Part shown: positions 41,141 through 54,897 of the stretch, piece by piece | Layout: each line of letters begins with the position of its first letter | How positions within the stretch are numbered: the stretch's first letter is position 1 | DNA from: Peribolospora baueri | Lineage: Eukaryota | NCBI GenBank assembly: GCA_029717555.1 | Contig: JAMDHS010000042.1 | Coordinates: 62,001-126,000, forward strand | Length of the DNA stretch: 64,000 bases | Direction of reading: 5' to 3' | Translations under genes and position numbers: made by a program | Notes under the pieces: generated by a model | The model's input: only the letters and a program-made list of their open reading frames with translations | Told to the model about the DNA's origin: nothing | The model's database searches: none

Positions 41141-43188
41141 TTAAGCCCTGGCAACGGCGGCAGCAGCAGCAGCGGCAGCGGCAGCGGGATCAATGCCCTG
41201 CCCTGCGAGATACTTCTGCAAGTCACTGAGCAGCTCAAGCTGCTCCTCCACGGTGAGGAAGGAGACGATGGTCTGCAGCACCGCTCCGACAGTGACGTGG
41301 TGCTCGCGGATGAGTGAGGTGTAGTAGACGTAGCTGAACATGCCCATCAGGAACCTGCAAGAGGAGCAGAGCGCAAGACGTAGGTTCGAAAAAGAGTGTA
41401 AGTCAGCAGTGCTGGGTTGGTTGGAGTGATAGAAACAGTGAATGATCAATGCGGCTGCCTGGCACGCACTGGCAATCCATCCTATCCGTAAGACCACCAT
41501 GGCCTGGAATGGAATCTCCGAAGTCCTTGATCTTGAATGCTCGCTTGAATCCACTGGCAAAGAAGCCACCGAAGGGAGCAACGAGGGACGCAAAGGCGGC
41601 CATGACGAGAGCATGAAGCTGGAACGGCGTGTAGGGAATCGAGTGCACTTCTCGACCGGCCTGGACAAGTCGGGATATGAGGAGGCGAGTGTGAATAGAC
41701 GAGACGATCTTCGGATACACAAACAAGAACGATTCGGAGCAAAGCCGAAACATACCAGCCATGACAGCGCAGTGCTAACGGCACCAGCGACGGGGAATTC
41801 GCGCCACAAGAAGACCGGGTTGGGGTCGCATTGGACATTGGAAAAGGCAGAGGTGCCGAGGTCTCTAACGGGGCAGATCATGTAGTTGTATCGCTGGAAC
41901 AGGGTGGCCCACTGAAAGAGGGTGGCGACAAGAGACAGATTGAGCTCGCACCCCCCTGAACGAACTGAAAGCTGTGAATCAGAGCGGGAAAGACACAGCC
42001 ACTCACGCCTAGTGCGAACAGCACGGTGGAGAAGAAAGCACCGACGAAGCCTTCAACAGTTTTCTTGGGGCTTAAGGCGATCAAAGGTGTCCTTCCGAAA
42101 AGCATACCTGAAGACGGGCATCGTCGTCCATGGCCATCGTCAGCGTATCTCATAAAATTATGGAAGAAGAAAGGAAAAGGCTCACCGAAGACATAAGCGG
42201 TGATGTCGTTCGTGATGACGAGCGACGCGGGTAGCCAGAACCAAATGAGCCCTTCAAGGATGTTGTTGACGATGAAGTGGCTCGAGAAGACGATGAGAAG
42301 AAGGCTCATGTGCGTCCAGCAGAAGAGGCCGAATTGGAATCGCAGGTTGTCTCGTTTCAGGTTGGATACGAAGCCAACAAAGCCTGGGTGATCGGTACAG
42401 TGGCGGTTGAAAAGACGAAGTGTAAGCACATGGGTGTTCCTTTTCGGCCGTTGAGCCCATCCGTTCGGCCACAGCCACTTGCTCGCGCTCACCGATGATA
42501 TAGAGAATGAAGCTGATGAAGCGGTGGTGCTTTGCAAAGGGGAGGAAGTACGCATCGACGAAGACGATGTGCTTGAAGTAATATATGATCGATTCTCCAT
42601 AGAGGAAGTAATTGCAGACCACGAAGAAGTACCTGGGCAATGGGACGAAGAATGGAGAGATGAGCGAAAGGGGGTGAGTCCGGTGCTGTTGCTTGTGCGC
42701 GAGGAGGACGAGACTTACCAGCTCAGTGTGTTGCTCCACATGTCTCTCTTCTCATGCCTCCCTGTGGGCGTCTCCGTTCCATCGCCCTCGGCCTCCGATT
42801 CGACCATCGTCGTAGTCGTATGCGGCCTTCCAGGGATGTGAAATAGGCCCGTGATCTCGCGGTACACCAATGTGGAGATGAGCATGACGAGGAGAATCAT
42901 GTACGAGTGTCCCATGACGAGGAGGCCTAGGACATGATGGAACAAGCGTGGAGAAGAGCGACAATACAGCCGTCAGGTGGTTTGCACTTTGCAGCGCAGA
43001 CAGGACTCCTTCGACGCACCAAGGAAACCTCCGATCATGGCCAAGCTCCATACGGTCCTGTCGAAGACCTTCTTCCAATAGGCACTGTCATGGCCGGCTT
43101 TGGTCTTGACCTGCGCGACGGCCGAGTTGGGCTCAGCGGCCGCCATCTTGGCCTCGGCGCCACTGCTGTCGCGTGAGGCGGCCGACAT
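41141..43188 (-). CDS. CDS1: Phosphatidate cytidylyltransferase (CDP-DAG synthase), 7 exons
   Basis: [45 protein letters not shown]. Confidence 0.95.
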
Positions 43189-43447
43189 GTGGGAATGGGT
43201 TTGGAAGGTTGATGGCGAGGCGAGGGTGGTGGTTGGAAGGTGTCGATCATCCGCTCCGGCCCGGCCAAACATCCATGGAAAGGAGGATTCCGTCAAGGTG
43301 CAGCACCAACACACTCTGGCCGCAGTCAAATCCGCCGCGGCTCTGGAAGGGTCGTACAACTAAGTGCAAGAAGGATAAACGCCAAGACCCGACGGTGACA
43401 CCTTCTCTTCCTCCCCCTCCTTCTTCACCCCGTCCCTCGTCCCCATC

Positions 43448-44823
43448 ATGGCCCTTCACCAAGCCACCGTCTCCGCGCCCGTGAACATTGCGGTGATCAA
43501 GTACTGGGGCAAGCGAGACACTTCTCTCATCCTGCCCACCAACTCCTCCCTCTCGGTCACTCTCGACCAGGACCACCTGCGCAGCGTAACCACCGCCCGT
43601 GCCGACCCGTCCTTCGAGGATGGAGCGAGACTCTGGCTCAACGGGGAGGAGGAGGAAATCAAGCAGGGAGGCAGGCTGGCGAGGTGCTTGGACGAGATGA
43701 GGAAGCTCAGGAGGGAACTCGAGGCTTCCAAGCCCGCTGCACCCAAGGTGAGGGAGGTCGAGACGATGTGATATGGAAGACGCGTCTGGTCCCGTCGCGG
43801 CAGTCCTCACTCGCTCACATACATACTCTCCCCCGGCCTTCTCTGTCCCCTTTTTCAACCGGCCAGCTTTCGGAAATGGGCGTGCGCATCTGCTCGGAGA
43901 ATAACTTCCCCACCGCTGCTGGCCTCGCCTCGTCCGCTTCTGGCTTCGCAGCTCTGGTGAGCGCGCTGGGCGTGCTGTACGAGCTCTATGATCCCTCCTC
44001 GGCATCGACGGCGGCCGCCTCTTCGCTCAGTCGGATCGCTCGACAGGGCTCCGGCTCGGCGTGCAGGTCCTTGCTCGGCGGCTTTGTGGCCTGGGAGATG
44101 GGCTCCGCTTCGGACGGCTCGGACTCGCTTGCGGTGCAAATCGAGCCGCAATCGCACTGGCCGAGCTTGCACGCGCTCATCTGCGTTGTTAGCGACGCCA
44201 AGAAGGGCACACCCTCCACCGCCGGCATGCAGCGTACCGTCGCCACCTCCGCTCTCCTGCGACACCGCATCGACAAAGTGGTTCCTGAGCGCATGAGGGA
44301 CATCTCCTCGGCCATCTCGCGCAAGGACTTTGACACGTTTGCAAAGATCACCATGGCCGACTCGAACCAGTTCCACGCCGTCTGCCTCGACACCGAGCCT
44401 CCGATCTTCTATATGAACGACGTTAGCAGGGCCATCATCTCGCTCATCACCGAGCTTAACCGTGCCTCGGTCGAGGAGGGGAAGGGTTACCGGGCCGCGT
44501 ACACGTACGACGCCGGTCCGAACGCGGTGCTGTACGCCGAAGAGAAGGACATGAAGCTCATTACCAGCCTTATACGACGCTACTTCCCCAACGCCTCGTT
44601 CGACGACCCTTTCCGTCTCTTCAAGGCTCCGGCGGAGGCGGACAATGGTCTGGCCGGTCTTCCCAACGGCTTCAATCCAAACGTCATTCCGGTCTTTGCG
44701 GAGGGAAGCGTGCGAAGGCTAATTCACACGAAGGTTGGAGATGGCCCTAGGATCGTCGCGAGGGGCGAGAGCGACGAGGCGCTGCTCGGTGCAGACGGCA
44801 TGCCCAAGAGGCTCAAGGCGTGA
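43448..44823 (+). CDS. MVD1: Diphosphomevalonate decarboxylase, 2 exons
   Basis: [50 protein letters not shown]; intron 43748-43866. Confidence 0.97.
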
Positions 44824-45246
44824 GGAAGGAAGGAAGGAAGGCGTGAAGGATGATTAGATCGATGTACGGAACCGGCCTCCCGTGGGCAGGGCCACGACTC
44901 GAACGGGATGGCGATCAGGAACGGAATACCATAGCTGATCTTTGTTTTAACGTCGTAGAAGCCTGTCTGTTAGATGAGGAATTTCCTCTCGCTCGGACCG
45001 TGATGGAAGATTCATAACGTCGCCTTTCTCGATGGCGATATCGTTTAATTTCAATTACCCACCCCCTCGATTCCCACAGGCAAGCACGAAAAGAATCCCG
45101 AGCGCCGACGATGTAGACGAAAGCGCCCTCGCGCGTTACGCAGCAGCGAAGGCTGCCTTTGAAACGACTCGTACCGAGCGGAATGATGGGGGCAGTCCAT
45201 CCAACCTGCTTGGGCCTCGCTCGCTCGCTCGCTCATCCCGGTCCTT

Positions 45247-47145
45247 TCAACGCCAGTACGGCGGGCAATCCGACTTGACCATCTCCCAAGCGCGGTCGAT
45301 AGCGTCGACGACGGCTTGCGGGAGCGGACCCTTCTCCGAGTCGGCGCAGTTCATCTCGTTTTGCTCCACACTGCTGGCGCCGAGGATGACGCCGTCGCGC
45401 TCATCGAGCACGGAGTGATGCTGGACCCAGCGGAGCGCGGCTTCCGTGAGACGAATTCCGTGCGCCTCGACGGCGGTACGGATCTCGGCTAGGGCGCCGA
45501 AGTAAGTGTCGTGCAGGTACCGTTTGCGGTACATGGCTCCCGTGCGCGTCGTCGGGTCGAACCTACCGCCGCTCTCGACTTTGTCGTCCTGTTTCGTGAT
45601 CTTTCCAGCGAAAAATCCGCCTGGAAGGGGCGAGATGAACGAGGACGGGGGAGGAAGGGATAAGAGATAATTCGAACCAGGTTCGACCAGGCAAGAAGGC
45701 TTTACCAGCCGCGCAGAAAGAATACGAAGACTCACCGGCAAGAGGATTGTAGACGACTAGACGGATGCCGTATTTCCTCAGGCAAGGAACCAGCTCAGGC
45801 TCAATGGCACGCCTGGCACATTCCGAGGCCAGCCACGAGTCAGTCACGCCGACCGGGTTCAGCAGTGTGGACGGGAGGAACGCGTGGAGACTTACGTGAT
45901 GCCGTTATACATAGCTGCACGTCAGCCGTGAGCGAAACGACGAAAAAGTCAGTTGCCTGGAGTACCAGCTGACCTCATGAAAGGCAAGAGGCCGGAAAGT
46001 GGAAGTGATCGAGTCACCTTGGTAAATCTTGGGCTGCACGTAGCCACGCTCCCTGCAGACGGTGACAATCTCGGCCACCTACTCCGCAGCGTCGGCGGAA
46101 AAAATGAGCGTCCGAAGCCTTAGAGACCCTGCGCCAGTGAGGAACGGACTGTATGCGCCGAGAAACACGAGAAAGACGTCGAACTCACCTCCCAGGCGGC
46201 GTAATTGCTCAACCCAAACTGCTCGATCTTGCCCTCCTTGTACAGCGAATCAACCTCCTTCGCCGTCTCATCGAAGGGCACCGAGCGGTCCGGCATGTGC
46301 AGGTAAAGCGTGCGGACTTTGGACATCTGTCACCGGTGAAAGCATAATATGGACGGCGGAGACAAAGGCAGAGGTAAATGCGAAATTGGGTGAGTCGGGA
46401 TGAAGGCACGCGGTGTGCTTAAACGAGCGGGCGCACTCGATGCATGGAGGACGCACGTTGAGGGTAGCCAGGGACTCTTCAAATGTCTTGCGCAGATTCT
46501 CTGGCTTGTGGCTTCCTGGCTGGGAAGGGTAGACCCTGCCCAATGCGCCAGACGAAAGGCACGGCGACGTCAGCTCCCCGGCTGGTGGCTCAGCTTCGAG
46601 CCTGAATAAGCCTGACCACTGTGCGGGAGCCGCGCACAGCGAAAACGAAGGGGAGAGTGCCTCTCACTTGGTATCGATAGCCGAGCTCTTCAGATCTAGC
46701 TTGGAGAGGCGCGCCTCGGAGGTTCCCTCGGCGTACACGCGAGCGGTGTCAAGCTCGCGCTGGCCCGTGGCGAAGTAGACGTCCAGGACTTTCTGGGCCG
46801 TGGGGAGGTCTGAGAGCGGTGCAGGACAGGGCATGAGGACAGGAAGAGTTTAGGGAAGGCGCTTGCCAACGGCGGCCCAATCGAGAGACATGGGATCTGC
46901 AGTCATAGGGCAGAGAAAATAAGACCGGAGCGCTCACCACCAATGCGAGTGCCGACCTTGCCGGGCTCTCCGATGGTCATGGTGCCCTATTGACGCAAGC
47001 GAAAGGCGCGATCGACCCGAACGGAGAGAACAGACGGTGAGACGGATGGAGGGGCAAGGCTGGTCAGCGTAGCCATAGACAAAACGATGGCGCTTCGAGG
47101 ACGCACGAAGATGAGAGGCACGCGAGTCTTGCTGGCGGCGGCCAT
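45247..47145 (-). CDS. Aldo-keto reductase (aflatoxin B1 aldehyde reductase/AKR7-like), 9 exons
   Basis: IFGTMTIG, LDTARVY, IDTKVYP, LYLHMPD, GLSNYAAWEVAEI, YQAMYNGITR, YNPLAGG, VILGASS; 19-nt exon at 45896-45914. Confidence 0.92.
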
Positions 47146-48091
47146 TGTGGAAAGAAATCCGTGACGAGGAGCTGTGGTGTGGGCGGCGAGGGTACGGCGG
47201 AGGGGTGCGCGGGTCGTCGCAAGCATGCAGCCGTTGCAGAAAGGTGGTGGGGAGGTGGAGTGGAGGTGTTGGAGGGAGAGACAAGCCGATGTGCGTCCTG
47301 TCTGGTTGTGGAGACCTACGAATATCATATTACGGTCCGATCAGCCGGCATCTCGGCCGAAAGGTCCGACGAGCAAGAGCCAGCCGAATCGAAAGCATCG
47401 ACGAGCGCGTACATGATATAATAGCCATGGCCAGACCCGCCCGTACGCGCACGGGTCACGCATCGTCGGCACCGGCGACGGACGAGGATGGCACGGTCGG
47501 AAAGGCGAAGAGAAAAGAGAGAGAGACGGGTGGAGTCAGGAAAGAGAGACGTGGAAGGCCCATCGAGTCGCCCAGGACGAGAGGGTCAGGGCGAGGGAGG
47601 GAAGAGCGTCCGTCCGCCATCAGGTGCCCAGGTCGGGAACAGGCGGCAGGCAGAAGAAGGAGCGGCCACACGGGGTCGAGGAGCGACGTCGAGCGGACTG
47701 GCTGGCTGGCGAAGAAGGCGACTGGATGCTCCCAACCCGTATCCAGCTTCAGATCCATGCAGCGTCTTTACGACCTCGAATGGTGACCACTCTCTTCGCC
47801 GCTCGCTCTTTTTTCCAGCGAGCGAGCGATCCTGCGTTGGGCTCTCTCTACGATCGCCGCCGCGCTCACATTCATGTCCTACCCGCACTCGCTGCCTGTG
47901 CGCCACTCCTCCTTCCTTCTCTCCCTCCTACGCCTCGTCTTCGTGGTTCTGTCGCAAAGCGGTGGCATCGTCACATCATCTGCTCCGATCCCTCGCCCCT
48001 TCGGCCGAATCGCCGAGAAGAAAATGTATCATCACGTGTGCTTCCCACAGACGCGATCTTCCCCCGACCACCATCGCCCTTGCCGTCCGTC

Positions 48092-49535
48092 ATGGCGCCC
48101 CCCGCTCAGGCAGCCGGCCCTCGCTCACAGGGCAAGGCCTGGGTGACGCTGTTGACCAATGGCTCGTACGTGCCCACCCTTCTTGTCTTCCACCGGTCCC
48201 TCCGCGACATCGGCTCCAGGTACCCGCTTGTGGTCATGACCACCGACACCGTCGGTGCCGAGTGCAGGCAGGTCATGCTCGACGCCGGTATGCTCATCAA
48301 GGACATCGAGCTCTTGCTGCCAGATCGCGAGGTCCAGGTGAGCGGCAAGGCAGCGCATGGATCCTGAAACGTGCGCTCCTCGTGGCGACGACCATCAGCC
48401 TCACCTCTCTGTTCGCGCCTTCTCGCTCGACTGCTTTCCCGCGCCCAGCACGCTTACCCTCGCTTCAGGGACGTGTGGAGCAAACTGCGCGCCTTCGAGC
48501 TTGAGGAATACGAGGTGAGGAAGAACGTCCGGAACCACTCCGAGGCTCTTGGGATGATGTCGTCCCGCCTTTTTTTTTTTTTGACAAGACGGCGTCTCCG
48601 TGTCTGCGTCCTTTCCTCGTTCGGCATCCCTCCGCGCTCCCCCCTTCCCCAGCGCGTGATCCTCATCGATTCGGACATGCTTGTCCGCCAGAACATGGAC
48701 GAGCTCATGGACTTTGAGCTACCGGGAGAAGATTGGATAGCGGCCGTTCACGCTTGCACGTGCAATCCCGGCAAGGTGGCCACGTACCCTGCCGACTGGT
48801 GAGCGAAGCTATGCGACGCAGGGCAGGATAGGAAGAGCAGGACAGGCACCAGCGGGGCGGAGGAACGGCAACCGATCGCTCATGGCTCTCTTTTTTTTTT
48901 TGTGCGATCTTCCTCTTTCTCCCGCTGCTCTTCTCGTTTCTCGACTTTGGACGTCAAGGATCCCGGCGAATTGTGGCCACACCGGTTGCACCCACCCGTC
49001 CGGGGCAACGACGGCCAACGCGGTCCTGCCCACGTCCGCCGGGCCTTCCAAGCTGTTGAACAGCGGCTTGGTCATCCTCACGCCCTCGCTATCGACTTTT
49101 TCCTCGATCTGCCACTACCTCCTCACCTCGCCTCTTGTCTCCTCCTTTCGCTTCGTCGACCAAGACCTCCTGGCGGCCTTCTTCGAGGGCAAGTGGAAGC
49201 CGCTGCCGTACGTATACAACGCGCTCAAGCCGATGCAGACGTGCCACGCGGACCTGTGGAGGGACGAGGCGGTGAAGAACGTGCACTTTATCCTCGACAA
49301 GCCTTGGGAGAGGCGTGTGAGGCAGGAGGATGTGCCGCGACTCGAGAAATCGTGGGACGCGGTGATGGTGTGGTGGTGGGACGCGTGGGATCGAATGGAG
49401 AGGGAAGAGAAAGAGGGCAGGGGCGTAGTGGGGTGGGAGAGGTGGAAGGCGGTGGTCGTGCCTGGCTTGGGTGACGCTCCCCGAGGGGGCAAAACGGGCA
49501 AGGAGCTGGTGCAAGACTATCAGGGCGCCGTCTGA
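48092..49535 (+). CDS. Glycosyltransferase family 8 protein, 4 exons
   Basis: AWVTLLTN..Y, WSKLRAFEL, ILIDSDML (DxD), HACTCNP, LNSGL, DQDLL, YVYNALK, VHFILDKPW. Confidence 0.9.
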
Positions 49536-50349
49536 TGCGACATGATACGACATGATACGATATGATACCCGTGTCCCGCACGGTGGATGGACAGGACCGG
49601 CGCCCCGGGGCGGCCTCCGTACATTTCCCCCCCCCCTTTTCCAAACTCAATGCTAATCAGTAAAGATCCTCTAGTGCGGGTTGCTCCAAGACGCGTTTTA
49701 TTGGCAGTTTTTTTTTTAGAACAAATAGGTCGTCTAGATGAGCTCTGTCGCGGTGAAACCTCACTCATATCGGTTTTTTTTGGATCATTGGCGTTGTGAG
49801 TCGAGGATGGCGAGCGCATAGCCGTGACAAGCCGTCATCGTCCCGGAAAGGAACAAAACGACAAGCGAAGTCCTATTCCGACCTTGCGCTCGCCTTCTAA
49901 CCTCGACGAATGAACGGGCCCACCCAAAGGAGCGAAATAACCATCGAGGCGCATCAGCGCTTCTGGATAGGTCAAACATCCCTTTTTACGTGTGACGGAC
50001 GGACGACCAGATTCTCCTTATCATCCAACCCGGAGAGGAAGCGCACTTCGAGGCAGGGGAGTCCGGAATTGATGAAGTAGTCGGCATGAGGGAGCCGCTC
50101 GAAAGGAGAAGTACGCATGTTCCCTATTTAGTTTCAATGCATGTGCTCCTCGCCGCCAACCCAGGGCAAAGCCGTCGCTCTGTTCCCCCTTCCTTAATGT
50201 ACTGTACGTCTTTCAGTAGTCTGCAACGCCCGCTCCTACGTGCCTGTGCCCAGAAGTTGGTTCAAGGTCGAGACGACCGTCTTAAGCTACACCAAGAAGA
50301 GCAGAAGGAAGATCCTTGCCAGTCCTCGCCCACAGGACTGTATATCACG

Positions 50350-53300
50350 TCAGGCAGAGGCGTCTCGAACCACACCCTCAGCGTCACCCAGAAAAGCCGC
50401 CAGAAGGCTCTCCATCCCTCCTTCTCTGTCATCCATACCCGCCGCTAGGGTTGCTGACGCTGTTCGTACCTGCCCATCCTCTTGCGACGAGCCGTCTGAC
50501 GAATCACACTTACTGCCTCCGGCCGCGAAGGCTGATTCAAAGTTTGGAAGGTCGACAAGAGCGGGCATAATGAAGTCGGTATTGGGCGGAGGACCGGTTA
50601 CGGCCGCCTCCCAGAGCCACTCTTGCGGAGGCAAATTGAAAGGTGGTCGAACGAAGGCGAACTCGGGCGAATGTGGTGTGTCGTGCTCGCTTCGTGATGA
50701 ATGACATGTCTCAACGGCTAAACCGTCCGCGTAATGCTTGTTGTGCGGCGAAGTGCTTCCCGTCCGTTCATCGTTGCCATGCTCTCCGCTCACCTCGGAC
50801 CGCGTACGTTCGACGACCCGCCGCACGATGGCCCGCACGTCCGCCGTGACATCCCCATCTGCATCGCCAACCGAGCCACCCGCTTGTCTCCTCTTGAACA
50901 GCTGCTCCTCTTCCTGCATCAACGCCGACAGAAGACCTGCACCCCGCTGCACATGCGCGCTGGTGCTCCTATCTCGCTGCCTGAGAGCAGTGACGGCCTT
51001 CTCGATCTCGGCGAGAGTGAGACTGCGCTGGAGGCTATGAGACGAGAGCGGGGAGGCCATTGAGAACGGATCGGATGGCGAGGGAGACGACGATGACAGG
51101 ATGAGGTCGATTAGAAGGATTGAAACGGCCACGAAGAACCAGGAAAAGTTGCTGGGAAGCGTGTCTATGACGCGGCAGCGATGGCGGAGTCGCGCTTGCA
51201 TCTTCACAATGTGGAAGGCGAGCGATCTGCAAAGCTCGCGTCCGGACTGTAATGGAGGATCACAGCAGGAGGGACGTCAAGAGAAAGGATAGGGATGGTT
51301 TAGCGATGGAAGAGCCAGGCGGCTGGGTGCTGTGGCACAATAGCTAGAGCGTTCTATTTATCACGGTCGTCGCGTCGCGGGCTAGGTGCACTCACCTCGG
51401 TCGCCAGCAAGGGTCGCTGTGCCGTGAGCAAGAGCGAGAAGACCTGTCGATGGAACAATAGCCTGCAAGTCCTCACGAGCCAGGGAATTGCACGTTCGTC
51501 ATCGCTGTCGTAGTCGACAAACTCCGAGTTCAGCTGTAGGAAAGGAGGTCCTTCCGCCAGAAGGCGTTCGCATCGTGCCCGTGCTGCCTGGGCTTCAGCC
51601 CGTGCAGACGATAGCTCTTCGGTTGATGGTTGGAAATTTGAATAGGTGATCCGGGCTTCTTTTTCCCAACCAGAGTTGAGTGACTCGGTCTGTACCGTCG
51701 AAACGACCAGGCTACCTGTGATAGACTCGTTCCGGGCGTCTACCATGGCCCTCACCGCGTGAGCCACTTCAATGTTGGCCAATAAGTGCGACATGACCGT
51801 GAACTCGTCGTCTGGGCTCGGGTTGCGGAGCGAGCAAAAAAGGTCGGACAGTTCTCCATCAGGATCAAAATCCTGGATGTTGCGCGGCCTTGCGGTACTG
51901 AATTGTGAAGGGTGGATGGAATACGCGTCTTGAGAAGTCGGTGCGTCACACCAATCTCTGACTACCAGAGACCACCTGATGCATATGGGAAAAGGTCAAA
52001 GCAAGGTCATGGAAAACAGCCGAAACTTGACTCAGCGCCTAGTGTCAATACGTGCGCAGGAACATATTTGCCTCACTGACCAGATGCGTCTCCCTAATTC
52101 CCGCTCCATCTCTCCGGTCGAATCTGACTCGCTTCGCCGACTTTCTTCGGCTCGCTCGTCTCGGAGCCTATGAAGGCCGAGCCGTTGCGCGCCCCTCACC
52201 GCGGCAGCTAACATGCCTTGCAGGTAATCTGTCGAGTCCTGGCCGTGTTTCGCGAGTAGAATCGCTGCCTGCAGGCCGCGCAGGGTAGAGAAGACGGGGA
52301 TAACGTCCCCATTTCCGTCCATATCGTCGCTTGAGTCGTCCTCATCGAAGAAGTGCATGCGTAAACATGTTTTAGCCAGCCGCCGCCATATTGAAGGCTT
52401 GTTCGGGTAAGCGACAGACGGAACGGAGGTCAACTCGCCGTCGGGCAAGTATTGTAGGCCGAGAGAGAGCTTCGCGTGTCCAGCACCCAGACCGGATTGA
52501 GTGTCAGTGTGCCGATGCGCGGTGTGAGGAGGCGAAAAGAAAAGTCTCGCAAGCTCACTGCCAGTAGGAACGTTGCAAGCCAATCCAAAGGCGCTTCGAG
52601 CGGGATAGACGAATACGGTCGCGAGTTCAGCTCGGCGACGAAGGTCGGGTAGTGGACCACGCATCCGGTGTACACGAGTGGCCTTCGAGCCTGCCCCGAT
52701 CAAAAAGAAGGACGTTATGGAAATGCGACAAACGAGATGACCACATGTTCTGTCAGCACGCCGCTTCTTCGCACGAGAAGAATGTGAATCGGAGAGTGGT
52801 ATACGAACGAAGAAAACCAAGAGCTTCCGGGCGTCCGCTTCCTTTGGCAAGGCTTGCATCACTCGTTCCCGAAGCTTCGTTTCAATATCCCTTGATGCTG
52901 ATCTGGTAGAGGGACCAACAGGCCCATCGAGGGCCCAGCTGTGGAGGGTCTTTAGGGCTTCCTCGATCGTGAAGGCCGTCTGTGCTGTCTCTCCATCTGC
53001 TGGATTGCTGTTCCGACCTGTGGACGGAGGCGAAGACGGAAGGTCGAGGTGGCCCAAAGGACCCTTGCCCAGGGAGCCACTTCGGTGCAACTGTGAGTCC
53101 TGATGCAGAGCCGATACGGGGCCTGGGGCGCGGTTCAAGGCCGGGAACTGGGCTGGAAGGGCTTCAGATTGGAAAGGGCAAGGCCATCCATCCTGCCCGC
53201 TGTAGCTGTCCGACAAAGAGGCAACAGCCGTGTCTGTGAGCGAGACTCCGGGCATATCCCAGCTCCGCTGCCCGATGAAAGATGACGACGACGGAACAGG

Positions 53301-53972
53301 GCCTGCACATCCTAACGCCAAGTAGCCGGAGGTAGACGAGGGCGCCGGGAAGGCCGCCACGCCTGTCGAGGTGGACTGTCCGGTGTTCGTAGTCTGTCCT
53401 AGTGCATTCTGCATGTGGCGCGGACGAAGGAGTGCGGCTTCCAGAGCCTCCATACGCCTTTTGGCAGCTTCCAGTTCATAGTTCGGAACTTCCGACCTGC
53501 TCGTTCGGCAGCGCAGTCAAGCAGGTTATGGTGAGCTCGCGCCTTGAGACGCAGAAAGGCGCTAAAGTGAGCCTACGCTCACGGTCGAGAACTGCGACGG
53601 CGATAGGATTTGGTGTCTTTGACGCAGGTTTCAGGAGCGTTGCGGAGGATGCACTGCGAGCAGGGTTCCTTCCTGCGATCGCCCGGGAGGAGAGTGTATG
53701 ATCGACAGAGATGAGCCAGCAAATGGAGAGGGGCTGGCTCCAGCCAAGAACGAGCACTAATACGCACTGATCACACTGAATGCAACGGTGAAGCAAGTGC
53801 GACACGAGAACGCCAAAACAAGGACTCGGCTACGTCTCCTTCGCCGTTTTGCAATCCGGTCGGGACGCGCGCTGGAACATACCTTGATCTTCCGCTGCCG
53901 ACACGGCTTGCAGCTCTTGGTTACCTTGGGGCGGCCAAGGGAAGGCTGGGCGGGGGGTCTGGAGGAAGCCAT
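50350..53972 (-). CDS. Zn(II)2Cys6 transcription factor with middle homology domain, 8 exons
   Basis: Spliced SCKPCRQRKIK|CDQ|KEPCSQCILRNAPETC; AQRLGLHRL, ERELGRRIWWSLVVRDW, YSIHPSQFST. Confidence 0.85.
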
Positions 53973-54897
53973 AGCTGACTAGAACTTGTTGATACGTCGG
54001 TGATGGATGGGTCCCACCTTCGGCTCGCCACGCTCTGAGTTGTGTTGTGTGCTCCAGATGAACGACTGCGGGCGCGGCCTCAACCAAGCGCGTCACCATG
54101 TCCGTGTCGAAATTGCACATGGCCTCGCACACCCATGTCCAAGAAAGGATGACGTCTCGAGGGTCGTTCCAGAGTGGGCATTTTCCTTGAAGGATCCTCC
54201 TCCCACCAGCTTACGTTGCTCACTGACGAAGTATTTCTCTGGTCCTCCTCGCAACTCCTTCCAAGGCATTCATTCGTGCTACTCCGAGTCAATACCGGCT
54301 GATCGCCGTCTAAAAACGAGCGGTAGCCCAGATTATGTGATCGGTGGAGGACGTGGATATCCATCGCAGTCCTCACCGATCACCATGGACTCCATCCTTC
54401 TGCCACCATCTTCACCTGAGATATCCTTAAAGGCAAGCAGGATAGGATGGGGGAAGTCGGCCTAACAGGTATGAACGGAAGGAACCAGCCCGCGAGACCG
54501 CTCTCGCTCCGTGCTTTCAAGCGATCTTGGAGCGATTTTCAACCCGCCAGGGGACGACGGTGGTAAAGAAGGGCTTGCGATATGGCCAACGTAGCGGCGC
54601 TCGCTATTCGGCCCGGAACGGTTGGTTGGTGCGAGAGCTTCGGCACACGTGACTGAATTTCGGAAGGACAAAGACTGCATCAAACCTGCACCCACTTGGA
54701 GGTAAGGCGAGGACGAAAACTTGCATGACTGCGTGTACAAATCCTATACTGCTCCTCTACCCCCATGCTCCCGTGAACAAAGTCTAAAATATAGAAAAAA
54801 TAAATAAAGAAAGCTGTCGGCTAAGCGTGCACGAAAGGTCAAGCCCACGGCCAAGCGAGTTCTTCCAATACGCTTCGACCCTGCCGGTTACGAAGGA

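Noticed and set aside
44821..44853. Cryptic peroxisomal targeting by stop read-through (checked MVD1, GAL7, AKR, YFH7-like)
   Set aside because: No TGA-CTA read-through context; the MVD1 extension ends without an SKL-type tripeptide
53990..54460. Protein-like minus-strand stretch (DPRDVILSWTWVCEAMCNFDTDMV) upstream of the second TF
   Set aside because: Interrupted by stops and no family recognisable; cannot support even a pseudogene call without a search
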